From the NCBI RefSeq assembly GCF_028281565.1, contig NZ_JANQJQ010000013.1:116846-180845 (forward strand): a stretch of 64,000 nt of DNA, given 5' to 3'. Shown piece by piece: positions 19,751-29,188 of the stretch (position 1 is the first letter of the stretch; every line of letters starts with the position of its first letter). The stretch is from Seonamhaeicola sp. (GTDB lineage Bacteria; Bacteroidota; Bacteroidia; Flavobacteriales; Flavobacteriaceae). The position numbers and the translations under genes were made by a program. The notes below the pieces were generated by a model. That model was not told where the DNA came from. It did no database searches and saw nothing but the letters and a program-made list of their open reading frames with translations.

Positions 19751-21403
19751 ATGTTGACATCCCTTTCCATAAAAAATTACGCCTTAATTGATAATCTCCA
19801 GGTAGATTTTAACAATGGATTTTCAATAATTACCGGTGAAACCGGGGCCGGAAAATCAATTTTATTAGGTGGTCTATCATTAGTTCTTGGGAAACGTGCC
19901 GATTTAAACAGCTTAAAAGATACCACTCAGAAGTGTATTATTGAAGCGGTTTTTGAGGTGTCCGATTATAAATTGGAAGCGCTTTTTGAATCTGAAGATT
20001 TCGATTATGAATCGCAAACTATTATCAGGAGGGAGATTCTTCCATCAGGGAAATCAAGGGCTTTTGTCAATGATTCTCCGGTGAACTTAAATAGTTTACA
20101 GCTTTTGGGAGAACGTTTGATCGATATCCATTCGCAACACCAGACGTTGCAGCTTACCAATAATGAATTTCAATTTCAGGTGATTGATGCTTTGGCTAAA
20201 AATGACTTATCGTTACAGGCTTATCAATCGGAATTAAAGGTTTATAAAAAACTTCAAAAGGAGTTGAATGAATTGCTGGTGTTTCAGGCCGAAGCTATAA
20301 AAGAACACGATTATAATTCGTTTTTGTTAAAGGAATTGACAGAAGCCAATTTGGTTGATGGCGAATTGGAAGCTTTGGAAGAAGAGTATGAAACCCTTAA
20401 TAATATGGAGGGTATAAAGGAGACATTGTCAGAGGCCTATCAATTGTTGAGTGATGAACAAATAGGAGCCTTATCTACTTTAACCTCATTAAAAAATGCC
20501 TTTCAAAAACTATCTGCCATGTCTTCTAAATATGAAGATTTATTTAACCGGGCAAATAGTAGCTTCATTGAAATGGATGATGTTTTTAGTGAAGTTAATA
20601 CATTGCAGGAAAGTTTGGATGCAGATCCACAAAGACTTGAAGCCGTTGATTCCAAGTTAAAAACACTGCATGATTTAATGCAGAAACATGTTGCCGGTAA
20701 TATAGCTGAATTAATTGAAGTCAGGGATAAGCTTGAAGAAAAAGTGGCTGTTACTGAGAATTTAGATGAAACCATTGCCAAAAAACAACGGGAGATTGAT
20801 GTACAAACTGAAAAACTGAACACCTTAGCGGAAACTATTCATAACAATAGGGTAGAAGCTATTCCCGGTTTAAAAGGGCAATTGGAAACTATTTTAGCGG
20901 ATCTGGGCATGCCCAACGCACAGTTTAATATGGATGTTTCGTTGGGTGATACCTTTCTTTCTAATGGAAAAGATGAGTTGTCATTTTTATTTTCTGCAAA
21001 CAAAGGCGGTAATTTTAATGAGCTTAAAAAAGCTGCCTCTGGTGGGGAGTTATCCAGAATTATGCTGGCTATAAAGTCCATTCTGTCAAAGTATATTCAA
21101 CTGCCAACCATTATGTTTGATGAGATTGATACGGGCGTTTCCGGTGAAATTTCGAATAAAATGGGAGATATTATGCTTCAAATGAGTAAGACCATGCAGG
21201 TGTTTTCCATAACCCATTTGCCTCAAATTGCAGCCAAAGGGCATTCGCATTTTAAAGTGTTTAAAGAAGACGTTAATGATGTTACGCAAACCAATCTGGT
21301 CAAGCTAAATCATGACGAACGCGTGGTTGAAATTGCTCAAATGTTGGGCGGTATAGAAATGTCTTCATCAGCTATTGCACATGCTAAAGAGTTGCTGAAT
21401 TGA
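19751..21403 (+). CDS. recN: DNA repair protein RecN
   Basis: SMC-like protein with Walker A GETGAGKS, a coiled-coil middle, signature ASGGELSR and Walker B IMFDEID. Confidence 0.93.
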   Translation: MLTSLSIKNYALIDNLQVDFNNGFSIITGETGAGKSILLGGLSLVLGKRADLNSLKDTTQKCIIEAVFEVSDYKLEALFESEDFDYESQTIIRREILPSGKSRAFVNDSPVNLNSLQLLGERLIDIHSQHQTLQLTNNEFQFQVIDALAKNDLSLQAYQSELKVYKKLQKELNELLVFQAEAIKEHDYNSFLLKELTEANLVDGELEALEEEYETLNNMEGIKETLSEAYQLLSDEQIGALSTLTSLKNAFQKLSAMSSKYEDLFNRANSSFIEMDDVFSEVNTLQESLDADPQRLEAVDSKLKTLHDLMQKHVAGNIAELIEVRDKLEEKVAVTENLDETIAKKQREIDVQTEKLNTLAETIHNNRVEAIPGLKGQLETILADLGMPNAQFNMDVSLGDTFLSNGKDELSFLFSANKGGNFNELKKAASGGELSRIMLAIKSILSKYIQLPTIMFDEIDTGVSGEISNKMGDIMLQMSKTMQVFSITHLPQIAAKGHSHFKVFKEDVNDVTQTNLVKLNHDERVVEIAQMLGGIEMSSSAIAHAKELLN

Positions 21404-21508
21404 AAAAATTAAAAGATTGGAGTTAAAAGTTTAAAGTTTAGTATTTTTGAACCCGGTTTAAACGAATAAACGAATCAACAAGTAAACAGTAAAAAAACTA
21501 ACCAAGAT

Positions 21509-22327
21509 ATGTCATATAATTTATTAAAAGGAAAAAAGGGAATCATATTCGGAGCATTGGATTCTAATTCAATCGCCTGGAAAACTGCAGAACGTGTTCA
21601 TGAAGAAGGTGGCGAGTTTGTATTGACCAATGCACCGGTAGCCATGAGAATGGGGCAAATAAATGAACTTGCAGAAAAAACAGGGTCTCAAATCATTCCT
21701 GCCGATGCTACTTCGGAAGAAGATCTACAGAATCTGGTTGAAAAATCCATGGAGATCTTAGGCGGTAAAATAGATTTTGTTTTACATTCTATCGGAATGT
21801 CAATCAACGTTAGAAAGGGTAAGGCTTATACAGATCAGAATTATTCCTGGACACAAAAAGGAATGGATGTTTCGGCTATGTCTTTCCACAAAGTCATGCA
21901 AACACTTTACAAGGCGGATGCTATGAATGAGTGGGGAAGTATTGTGGCTTTAACCTATATGGCGGCGCAACGTGTATTCCCGGATTACAACGATATGGCA
22001 GATAACAAAGCCTATTTGGAAAGTATAGCACGTAGTTTTGGCTATTTCTTCGGACGCGATAAAAAAGTGCGTGTCAATACCATTTCACAATCGCCAACGC
22101 CTACTACTGCGGGTAGCGGTGTAAAGGGGTTTGACGGTTTTATAGCTTATGCCGAAAAGATGTCACCACTGGGGAACGCAACCGCTTTAGATTGTGCAAA
22201 TTATACGGTTACTTTGTTTAGTGATCTAACTAAGCGTGTGACGTTACAAAACCTGTATAATGATGGCGGATTTAGCAATATGGGTGTTAGTGACGCCGTT
22301 ATGAACACCTTTATGGGAGAAGAATAA
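21509..22327 (+). CDS. fabI: enoyl-[acyl-carrier-protein] reductase (NADH), FabI type
   Basis: LKGKKGIIFG N-terminus and an SDR-like fold with the FabI Tyr/Lys region. Confidence 0.9.
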   Translation: MSYNLLKGKKGIIFGALDSNSIAWKTAERVHEEGGEFVLTNAPVAMRMGQINELAEKTGSQIIPADATSEEDLQNLVEKSMEILGGKIDFVLHSIGMSINVRKGKAYTDQNYSWTQKGMDVSAMSFHKVMQTLYKADAMNEWGSIVALTYMAAQRVFPDYNDMADNKAYLESIARSFGYFFGRDKKVRVNTISQSPTPTTAGSGVKGFDGFIAYAEKMSPLGNATALDCANYTVTLFSDLTKRVTLQNLYNDGGFSNMGVSDAVMNTFMGEE

Positions 22328-22349
22328 AGTTTTGAATCGATTTTAATTT

Positions 22350-22382
22350 AGACCTGACGGGTTTTTAAGACCTGTCAGGTCT
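22350..22382 (+). terminator. hairpin AGACCTGACGGGT / ACCTGTCAGGTCT after fabI
   Basis: 13-bp stem with one G-T pair, followed by TTTTGTT, 22 nt past the fabI stop. Confidence 0.55.
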
Positions 22383-22439
22383 TTTGTTAGGATATAGTTA
22401 CATTTGTTGTAAATTGAAATGTTTTGGGCGTTACCATAT

Positions 22440-22466
22440 GGGTGTCTTCGAGAACCTCAGACACCC
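22440..22466. repeat. compact hairpin GGGTGTCT-TCGAGAACCTC-AGACACCC containing a CTTCGA...CTCAG core
   Basis: Perfect 8-bp stem. The core overlaps the stem. Confidence 0.7.
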
Positions 22467-22500
22467 TTTGAACCGGGCTTTATGCCATATTTTTTGTTTT

Positions 22501-22527
22501 GTCATTCCTGCGAAGGCAGGAATCCAC
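22501..22527. repeat. simple hairpin repeat GTCATTCCTGCGAAGGCAGGAATCCAC
   Basis: 8-bp stem with the 4-nt loop GAAG. Confidence 0.8.
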
Positions 22528-22531
22528 ATAA

Positions 22532-22575
22532 AAGGATGAATTTATCCTGAGTGTAGTCGAAGGGCTATCATCCTT
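22532..22575. repeat. AAGGATGA / TCATCCTT stem enclosing a 28-nt CTGAG-TGTAG-TCGAAG module
   Basis: Perfect 8-bp inverted repeat at 22532-22539 and 22568-22575. Confidence 0.8.
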
Positions 22576-22606
22576 AATGCAAAAAGAAACAACTTAAAAG
22601 TTATTA

Positions 22607-23614
22607 ATGCAATTACAGTTTTCTTTTATAATACCTGTCTATAATCGCCCTGATGAAACTCAAGAGCTTTTACAGAGTTTTGAGGCGTTAGAGACCAATA
22701 CGCCTTTTGAAATTGTTATTGTAGAGGATGGCTCGTCAGTGTCTTCAAAAGCGGTGGTTGAACAATTTAAAGAACAGCTCAATATTTCTTATTATTTTAA
22801 GGAGAATTCGGGTCCCGGAGATTCGCGAAATTATGGTATGACACATGCCCAGGGAAACTATTTTATCATTTTAGATAGTGATGTTATTCTACCAAAAAAC
22901 TATTTAACTGAAGTTGAAAAGAGTTTAGCTGAAAACTATGTAGATTGTTTTGGCGGACCGGATGCGGCTCATGAATCGTTTACCAATCTTCAAAAGGCTA
23001 TTAATTTCTCCATGACGTCATTTATAACTACAGGCGGCATCAGAGGTAGTAAGAGTAGTATAGATAAGTTTCAACCCAGGAGCTTTAATATGGGCATATC
23101 AAAAAAAGCATTTGAAGCCTCTAAAGGTTTTGGAAGAATACATCCGGGTGAAGACCCCGACTTGTCAATCAGGCTCTGGAACTTAGGGTTTAAAACCAAA
23201 TTAATCCCTGAAGCTAAAGTATATCATAAACGCAGAATTTCCTGGTCCAAGTTTTACCAGCAAGTGAATAAATTCGGATTAGTAAGGCCTATTTTAAACA
23301 AATGGCATCCTTCGACAAAAAAAATAACCTATTGGTTTCCAAGTTTGTTCATATTAGGTTTTGATATATCAATTTTGTTAGCAATCTTTGGTATTCACTG
23401 GTTGCTGTTGTTTTATGTTTTGTACTTTTTAATAGCTTTTTTAGTGGCATTATTTACGACTGGTAATTTAAATGTAGCTTTCATGTCGTTGTTGGCAATC
23501 GGTGTTCAATTTATGGGGTATGGTCTCGGGTTTTTAGAGTCTACCTGGGCTGTAGGTGTTTTAAATAAAGACCCCGAAACCCATTTTCCCAAGTTGTTTT
23601 TTAAACAAAAATGA
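22607..23614 (+). CDS. family 2 glycosyltransferase with C-terminal TM helices
   Basis: FSFIIPVYNR start, DGS and DSD (DxD) motifs, and hydrophobic helices in the last ~110 aa. Confidence 0.8.
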   Translation: MQLQFSFIIPVYNRPDETQELLQSFEALETNTPFEIVIVEDGSSVSSKAVVEQFKEQLNISYYFKENSGPGDSRNYGMTHAQGNYFIILDSDVILPKNYLTEVEKSLAENYVDCFGGPDAAHESFTNLQKAINFSMTSFITTGGIRGSKSSIDKFQPRSFNMGISKKAFEASKGFGRIHPGEDPDLSIRLWNLGFKTKLIPEAKVYHKRRISWSKFYQQVNKFGLVRPILNKWHPSTKKITYWFPSLFILGFDISILLAIFGIHWLLLFYVLYFLIAFLVALFTTGNLNVAFMSLLAIGVQFMGYGLGFLESTWAVGVLNKDPETHFPKLFFKQK

Positions 23615-24570
23615 TAAAAAAAATAAAGTCTAAAATAGCAACATCTATTAAGAATAAGCGGATAAATGTGTTTCTGCTATTCTTGTTTTTTTCGTTTGTA
23701 ATTTTGATTTTTTCGAAGCTGTCAAAAGATTACACCAACACCATTGCTTTTGAAATTGAGAAGCTCAATGTACCTGAAAACCAGGTTATTTTAAACGATT
23801 CCACGGCATTACAAATTACACTCAAAACACATGGTTTCAGATGGCTTAATTATTACTTTGAAAAACCTACGATCACGATCGATTTTGACAAAGATGTCAT
23901 CAAAAAAGAATCAACTTATGTGTTTAATAAATCAAAAGCATATTTGAATAACACGCAGTTTGACAGTCAGGTTGAGTTATTGAGTATATCACCGGATACC
24001 TTAGTTTTCAGGTATGATGTCAACCTGGTAAAAAAAGTTCCGGTTAAATTAAATGCCGATATTAAATTTAGTGCCGGCTACAATACTACCGATCCCATTT
24101 TATTGGAACCGGATTCTGTGGTGGTTATCGGACCACATATTTTGGTTTCCGAAATAGAACATTTAGAGACTAAGGAAGTAGCCCTAAGCGATATCAGAAC
24201 AGATCTGGATGAAGAAGCGCCCTTACAATTACCGGAAAATCGTACCGATTTAAAATTCTCCAATACGGCTGTAAATTTAAAAGCTACGGTAGAGAAGTTC
24301 ACGGAAGGGACTTTAAAAATCCCGGTTAGAGTTGTCAATATTCCGGATGGTATTAATTTGAAATATTTCCCGAGAGAAGTAAATGTATCTTATTACGTGA
24401 GTTTAAATAATTTTAGTTCAGTAAAAAGTAACGATTTTAAAGTGATTTGTGATTATTCAAAAATAAAAGGGAATCAATCGGTTTTGGTACCGGAATTAGT
24501 CGAGTCTCCGGGAACGGTTAAGAATGCTAAAATCAATCAGCAACAAATAGAGTTTATAATTACCAAATGA
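23611..24570 (+). CDS. YbbR/CdaR-like repeat protein with N-terminal TM anchor
   Basis: ATGA overlaps at both ends. One TM segment, then repeated beta-rich modules. The family assignment comes from memory of Bacteroidota synteny. Confidence 0.55.
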   Translation: MIKKIKSKIATSIKNKRINVFLLFLFFSFVILIFSKLSKDYTNTIAFEIEKLNVPENQVILNDSTALQITLKTHGFRWLNYYFEKPTITIDFDKDVIKKESTYVFNKSKAYLNNTQFDSQVELLSISPDTLVFRYDVNLVKKVPVKLNADIKFSAGYNTTDPILLEPDSVVVIGPHILVSEIEHLETKEVALSDIRTDLDEEAPLQLPENRTDLKFSNTAVNLKATVEKFTEGTLKIPVRVVNIPDGINLKYFPREVNVSYYVSLNNFSSVKSNDFKVICDYSKIKGNQSVLVPELVESPGTVKNAKINQQQIEFIITK

Positions 24571-25154
24571 TCATAGTAGGGCTTACAGGAGGTATAGGAA
24601 GTGGTAAAACTACGGTTGCCAAACAGTTTGAAAGTTTGGGTGTTCCGGTCTATATTGCCGATGAGGAAGCTAAGAAGCTTATGAACCGGTCTAAAGTTAT
24701 TAAACGAAAACTGATTCAATTGTTTGGAGCACAGGCTTATACTGATGATAAACTCAACAGGCCTTTTATTGCAGATATTATTTTTAATGATAAGTCCTAT
24801 TTGCAAAAAATGAATGCCATTGTACACCCCCGAGTCGCCAGGCATTTTGAAAAATGGGCCTTAAAACAAGATGCTCCGTATGTTATAAAGGAAGTTGCCA
24901 TTTTATTCGAGAATGGAGGCTATAAACAATGCGATTTTGTAATTACAGTGACTGCTCCTAAAAAAGTAAGAGTTGAAAGACTTTTAAAACGCGACAATAC
25001 TACTAAAGAAAAGATTGAAGCTATCATGAAGCATCAATGGCCGGACGATGAAAAAGTAAAGCTATCTGATTTTGTTGTTGAAAATATAGGGCTTCAGGCT
25101 ACTTTAAATCAGGTTCATAGCATTCACAAAAAACTGCTTAAAAAGTGTGCTTAA
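24567..25154 (+). CDS. coaE: dephospho-CoA kinase
   Basis: P-loop GLTGGIGSGKT; 195 aa. Confidence 0.9.
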   Translation: MIIVGLTGGIGSGKTTVAKQFESLGVPVYIADEEAKKLMNRSKVIKRKLIQLFGAQAYTDDKLNRPFIADIIFNDKSYLQKMNAIVHPRVARHFEKWALKQDAPYVIKEVAILFENGGYKQCDFVITVTAPKKVRVERLLKRDNTTKEKIEAIMKHQWPDDEKVKLSDFVVENIGLQATLNQVHSIHKKLLKKCA

Positions 25155-25230
25155 TTTACAATTTTAACATTTTTGTTAACGTAAGGTTAAAACATAAGTA
25201 AGCTAAATGTTAAAATGTTAATTTTGGTTG

Positions 25231-26805
25231 ATGAGCAAAAGAATATTTGTCCTATTGGTACTTTTAATGAGTCTGTCTTTAATAGGGATAATTTTCGTTC
25301 AGGCATATTTTATAAACGATTCTGTAAAAAACGAAAAGGAACGTTTTAAATTTAAGGTAAAAAGTGCACTTAGTTATGTGTCTAATACTATTGAAGAAAA
25401 TGAAGTTGCCGAGTATTATGATAGATATCAAAGTTTGCCAAAAGAAGACAAAACAGATTCTGTAGCGGTTTCTCAATTATTAATTTATCAACAAAATAAT
25501 AATACAAAGGAGACTTTAATTTATAGAAGTAATGTTCTGGAAGAGAACTATAAATTGTCTTCATCGCTCTTTGACATTGGTTTAGATAGCCTTACTATTC
25601 AGAACATTATTGGTAGTTCCTCCAGTGCCGAAGTTTATAGTAATATTGAATTGTCTGAGAAGGACATTAATCAAAGTCCAATTACTAAAATAATTTCGGA
25701 AGGTATCGTTGAAGATGCACAGCGGATAAATTTTGAGAAAAGCTTTAAAGCACTTCAAAAGAATACGCCCATCCATAAAAGAATTGCTAAAGGAGAAATT
25801 GAAAATTTATTGTCTGAAGCCTTTAGGAGAAGTGAAATAGACATTGACTTTGAATACGCCATTTATAGCAATGATCTGGCCACTAAAGTTCAAAGCGAAA
25901 ATTTTGAAAATGAGTATAAGTCTACTTTTAAGGTGCCCGTTTTTTATGATGAAAACAGACAAAGCCCTTATAAGCTTTTGGTAAATTTCCCAAACGATAA
26001 AAGTTTTATTTTATCGTCTATTATAGGTATGATCCTGCTGTCCATAGTCTTTACATCCATCATAGTTGTGGCGTATTCAAGTGCTTTGTATCAGCTTATA
26101 AAACAGCGTCAGATATCTGAAATTAAAACAGATTTCATCAATAATATGACGCATGAATTTAAAACACCTATTGCCACTATTAATCTGGCTTTGGATGCCA
26201 TTAAAAACCCTGCTATCATTGATGATGAAACCAAAGTAAAGCGGTATCTTTCTATGATAAAGGAAGAAAACAAGCGTATGCATGCGCAGGTAGAGAACGT
26301 TTTAAGAATATCTAAACTGGAAAAGAATGAACTTAATATTAGTAAGGATAGAGTTAAGTTACACGACTTAATTGCCGATGCCATTACGCATGTGGAATTG
26401 ATTGTAGAAGACAGAAAAGGGTATATAAAAACCTTTTTAGAGGCGAACAAATCGTCTGTTTTGGCTAACGAAACGCACTTTACTAATGTCATTGTGAACA
26501 TGTTGGATAATGCCATCAAGTATTCTCCAAATGCGCCCGAAATTGAAGTTTACACAGAGAATGTTGGGACCAACATTATATTAAAAATAAAAGATCATGG
26601 TAGCGGTATGAGTAAAGCGGCTGCCAAACGTGTGTTCGAGAAATTTTACAGGGAACATACGGGTAATATACATAACGTAAAAGGTCACGGATTAGGTTTA
26701 GCCTATGTTAAGCGTATTATAGATGACCATCAGGGTTATGTATCTGTAGAAAGTGAAAAAGGAAAAGGAAGTACCTTTATTATAAAGCTTCCCTTAATAT
26801 CATAA
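25231..26805 (+). CDS. sensor histidine kinase (HisKA/HATPase_c)
   Basis: Two TM segments bracket a ~230-aa extracytoplasmic domain. H-box HEFKTPI, N-box and GHGLGL. ATG at 25231 (the track's TTG at 25228). Confidence 0.85.
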   Translation: MSKRIFVLLVLLMSLSLIGIIFVQAYFINDSVKNEKERFKFKVKSALSYVSNTIEENEVAEYYDRYQSLPKEDKTDSVAVSQLLIYQQNNNTKETLIYRSNVLEENYKLSSSLFDIGLDSLTIQNIIGSSSSAEVYSNIELSEKDINQSPITKIISEGIVEDAQRINFEKSFKALQKNTPIHKRIAKGEIENLLSEAFRRSEIDIDFEYAIYSNDLATKVQSENFENEYKSTFKVPVFYDENRQSPYKLLVNFPNDKSFILSSIIGMILLSIVFTSIIVVAYSSALYQLIKQRQISEIKTDFINNMTHEFKTPIATINLALDAIKNPAIIDDETKVKRYLSMIKEENKRMHAQVENVLRISKLEKNELNISKDRVKLHDLIADAITHVELIVEDRKGYIKTFLEANKSSVLANETHFTNVIVNMLDNAIKYSPNAPEIEVYTENVGTNIILKIKDHGSGMSKAAAKRVFEKFYREHTGNIHNVKGHGLGLAYVKRIIDDHQGYVSVESEKGKGSTFIIKLPLIS

Positions 26806-26807
26806 AT

Positions 26808-27512
26808 ATGGAAGAACAAAAAAAACGAATCTTATTAGTAGAAGACGACCCTAACTTCGGAACCGTTCTTAAGGACTATTTAATGATGAACGATTATGAG
26901 GTAACACACGCAAAAAATGGCATGGAAGGCTTTGAGAAATTTAAAAAGGACGATTTCGATTTATGTATTCTGGATGTCATGATGCCTTATAAGGATGGTT
27001 TCACCCTGGCAAAGGAAATACGCGAAAAGAACACCGACGTGCCTATTATATTCTTAACCGCTAAAACCATGAAGGAAGATGTTTTAAAAGGTTATAAAGT
27101 AGGTGCTGATGATTACCTGAATAAGCCTTTTGATAGTGAAGTGCTTTTAATGAAGATCAAGGCGATCATTCAACGTAAAGCTACCGAAACTATTTCCGAT
27201 AGTAAGCAGTTTGAATTTAAAATAGGTAAGTTCGATCTGAATTCAAAACTACGTTTCTTGCGTTTTAATGGCGGAGAGCCCGTAAAACTATCACCCAAGG
27301 AAAATGAGTTGTTGCGTTTACTGGCCCTACATGAAAACGACCTCATGCCCCGTGAATTAGCGTTAACAAAGATTTGGCGAGACGACAATTACTTTACTTC
27401 CAGAAGTATGGATGTCTATATTGCCAAATTGCGCAAGTATTTAAAACCTGATGAAAAAGTAGAAATATTAAATATTCACGGCGAAGGGTTCAGGTTGGTA
27501 ATAAACGAGTAA
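26808..27512 (+). CDS. OmpR/PhoB-family response regulator
   Basis: Receiver domain (LLVEDD, DVMMP, K at LTAK) plus a winged-helix output domain. It starts 2 nt after the kinase stop. Confidence 0.9.
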   Translation: MEEQKKRILLVEDDPNFGTVLKDYLMMNDYEVTHAKNGMEGFEKFKKDDFDLCILDVMMPYKDGFTLAKEIREKNTDVPIIFLTAKTMKEDVLKGYKVGADDYLNKPFDSEVLLMKIKAIIQRKATETISDSKQFEFKIGKFDLNSKLRFLRFNGGEPVKLSPKENELLRLLALHENDLMPRELALTKIWRDDNYFTSRSMDVYIAKLRKYLKPDEKVEILNIHGEGFRLVINE

Positions 27513-27561
27513 AAGACACAATATTTTTTATTTCCCTGTGGTATTAAAGGCGATAGTGAGA

Positions 27562-28263
27562 TTAATGCTTCGTTTGCCATAGCCGCCACCAGGGTACTCC
27601 CGGAGCATCATGGTGTTCATAATGATACCCGAAAAAGTAACAACTCACAAAGGCCCAAAAGTGATTTTTTTTCAGGGATTTGGATTTGTGTTTGTTTGTA
27701 AGCTTATGCCCATGTCTATGCGGAATGTAAGTACCAAAATAAAATAATTGGGAAGTAGACAATATGCCGGGTAATATCCAAAATAACAACAAATTTTCCA
27801 GGGGAAAAATATAGCGCAATACCTGAAGGGTAATAGTCATTAAAACCAATTGTTTAAGGGTAGTATACTTCCTGATAAAATTCCAGTACCAAATGAATAA
27901 ATTACCGGATTCATGGTAATCCGGGTCTTTATCAGATGCCACAAATCTGTGATGCTTATGATGCTCAATGATCAGCTTGTCGTAAAAGTTGTAGGCAAAT
28001 AGAAGCGAAGTAATCCATCCTATTTTTCTATTTAGGCCTTTATGTCTTGATACCGAACCATGCATGGCGTCATGAGCCGTAATAAATAGCCCCGTGTATA
28101 AATGTGTCTGTATCGCAATGCCTATATAAACAAGCGGATTCGCATAATTGAAATCCCATTTCAATAAAACGGACAAGCATGCAAACCAAGCCAAAATCAA
28201 ACACAAACCTATAATGACCCCATAAGGATCCACAGGTTGGTACATGATGTTTTTAGGTTTCAT
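27562..28263 (-). CDS. crtW: beta-carotene 4-ketolase (CrtW-type)
   Basis: GLFITAHDAMHGS, EHHKHH...DPD, FGTYIPHR and FFGYHYEHHDAPGVPWWRL match the CrtW histidine boxes as I remember them from Paracoccus CrtW. Confidence 0.8.
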   Translation of the reverse strand: MKPKNIMYQPVDPYGVIIGLCLILAWFACLSVLLKWDFNYANPLVYIGIAIQTHLYTGLFITAHDAMHGSVSRHKGLNRKIGWITSLLFAYNFYDKLIIEHHKHHRFVASDKDPDYHESGNLFIWYWNFIRKYTTLKQLVLMTITLQVLRYIFPLENLLLFWILPGILSTSQLFYFGTYIPHRHGHKLTNKHKSKSLKKNHFWAFVSCYFFGYHYEHHDAPGVPWWRLWQTKH

Positions 28264-28413
28264 AAACGATAGTAATTTTATTTTGTTTAATTATTATAAT
28301 AAAAAATTAAACAAAAATACAAAAAACTTCTGTAAGTTGCTGAATTTTTCGTTGAAAGGGTTTGTAGCTTATGCTGCCATCTGATTATTTGCAGTTTTTT
28401 CGGGAAAAGGTGC

Positions 28414-28923
28414 TTAATATTTTACAAAATCATCCATAGCAAATGCGGCTTGGAAGGAGGTTTCGTCTATGGTTTTATTTTCAGAAGAATCATAATCTAC
28501 CAATATTTTCCATGTGCCATTTTCTTTTACCAGTATCACATGAAATTTGCCGTAATAGTTTTTTTCGTTACCGGTATTGGGGTTTCGGGTAAGTTTATAG
28601 ATTCCGCGTTCGGAGGCTTTTCCGCCTTTGGCTATACGTTCTAAAAACCTAAAGGCTATGGTTTGCATTATTTGTTTGCCTTTCCATCGTTTTTCATAGC
28701 CGGCCATATAGCTAGCTTTATCCCGGACCGTTTTATTATCACCTCCAACGCGTACCAGATCTTCACAATGCAAATCACTGAACAGTTCATAATCTAAAGT
28801 TTCAAAAGCTTTGGTGAAATTATTCCAAATCTGCGTGTTGATATCTTGTAGATCGTTTTCGCTTTGCGAAAACAGAGCAAGCGCTAAAAGTGAAATAAAT
28901 AGGGTTAGAACTGATTTTTTCAT
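28414..28923 (-). CDS. secreted NTF2-like (SnoaL/DUF4440-like) protein
   Basis: Signal peptide; 169 aa with an alpha+beta cone-like pattern. The assignment is weak. Confidence 0.45.
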   Translation of the reverse strand: MKKSVLTLFISLLALALFSQSENDLQDINTQIWNNFTKAFETLDYELFSDLHCEDLVRVGGDNKTVRDKASYMAGYEKRWKGKQIMQTIAFRFLERIAKGGKASERGIYKLTRNPNTGNEKNYYGKFHVILVKENGTWKILVDYDSSENKTIDETSFQAAFAMDDFVKY

Positions 28924-28961
28924 CTAATAAATATACGAAAAAGGAGGGTTCAATAATTATG

Positions 28962-29001
28962 AGATTTCTCGTCTCTCATACTTCGCTCTGTCGAAATGAC
29001 A
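28962..29001. repeat. AGATTTCTCG...TCGAAATGACA element (AGATTyC...GAATGAC family)
   Basis: Family members also occur at 29233, 55962 and 59867. Confidence 0.65.
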
Positions 29002-29113
29002 GCAGATTCTTTGTTGTTATGAGGATTGGGAAACGAACCAGATAATAAACTCTTTTGAAAGTGTTTTGAGAGTATTTCGAGCCCAGTGCCGGCTAGCTTT
29101 TATGACATCACTT

Positions 29114-29178
29114 GTCATTCCTGCGCAGGCAGGAATCCACAAATCACTGTAAAAATGAAATGGATTAGCTGGAATGAC
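29114..29178. repeat. GTCATTCCTGCGCAGGCAGGAATCCAC hairpin extended by a distal TGGATT..GGAATGAC arm
   Basis: Local 8-bp hairpin at 29117-29124 and 29129-29136. GTCATTCC (29114-29121) can also pair with GGAATGAC (29171-29178). Confidence 0.7.
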
Positions 29179-29188
29179 AAGCATGTGT

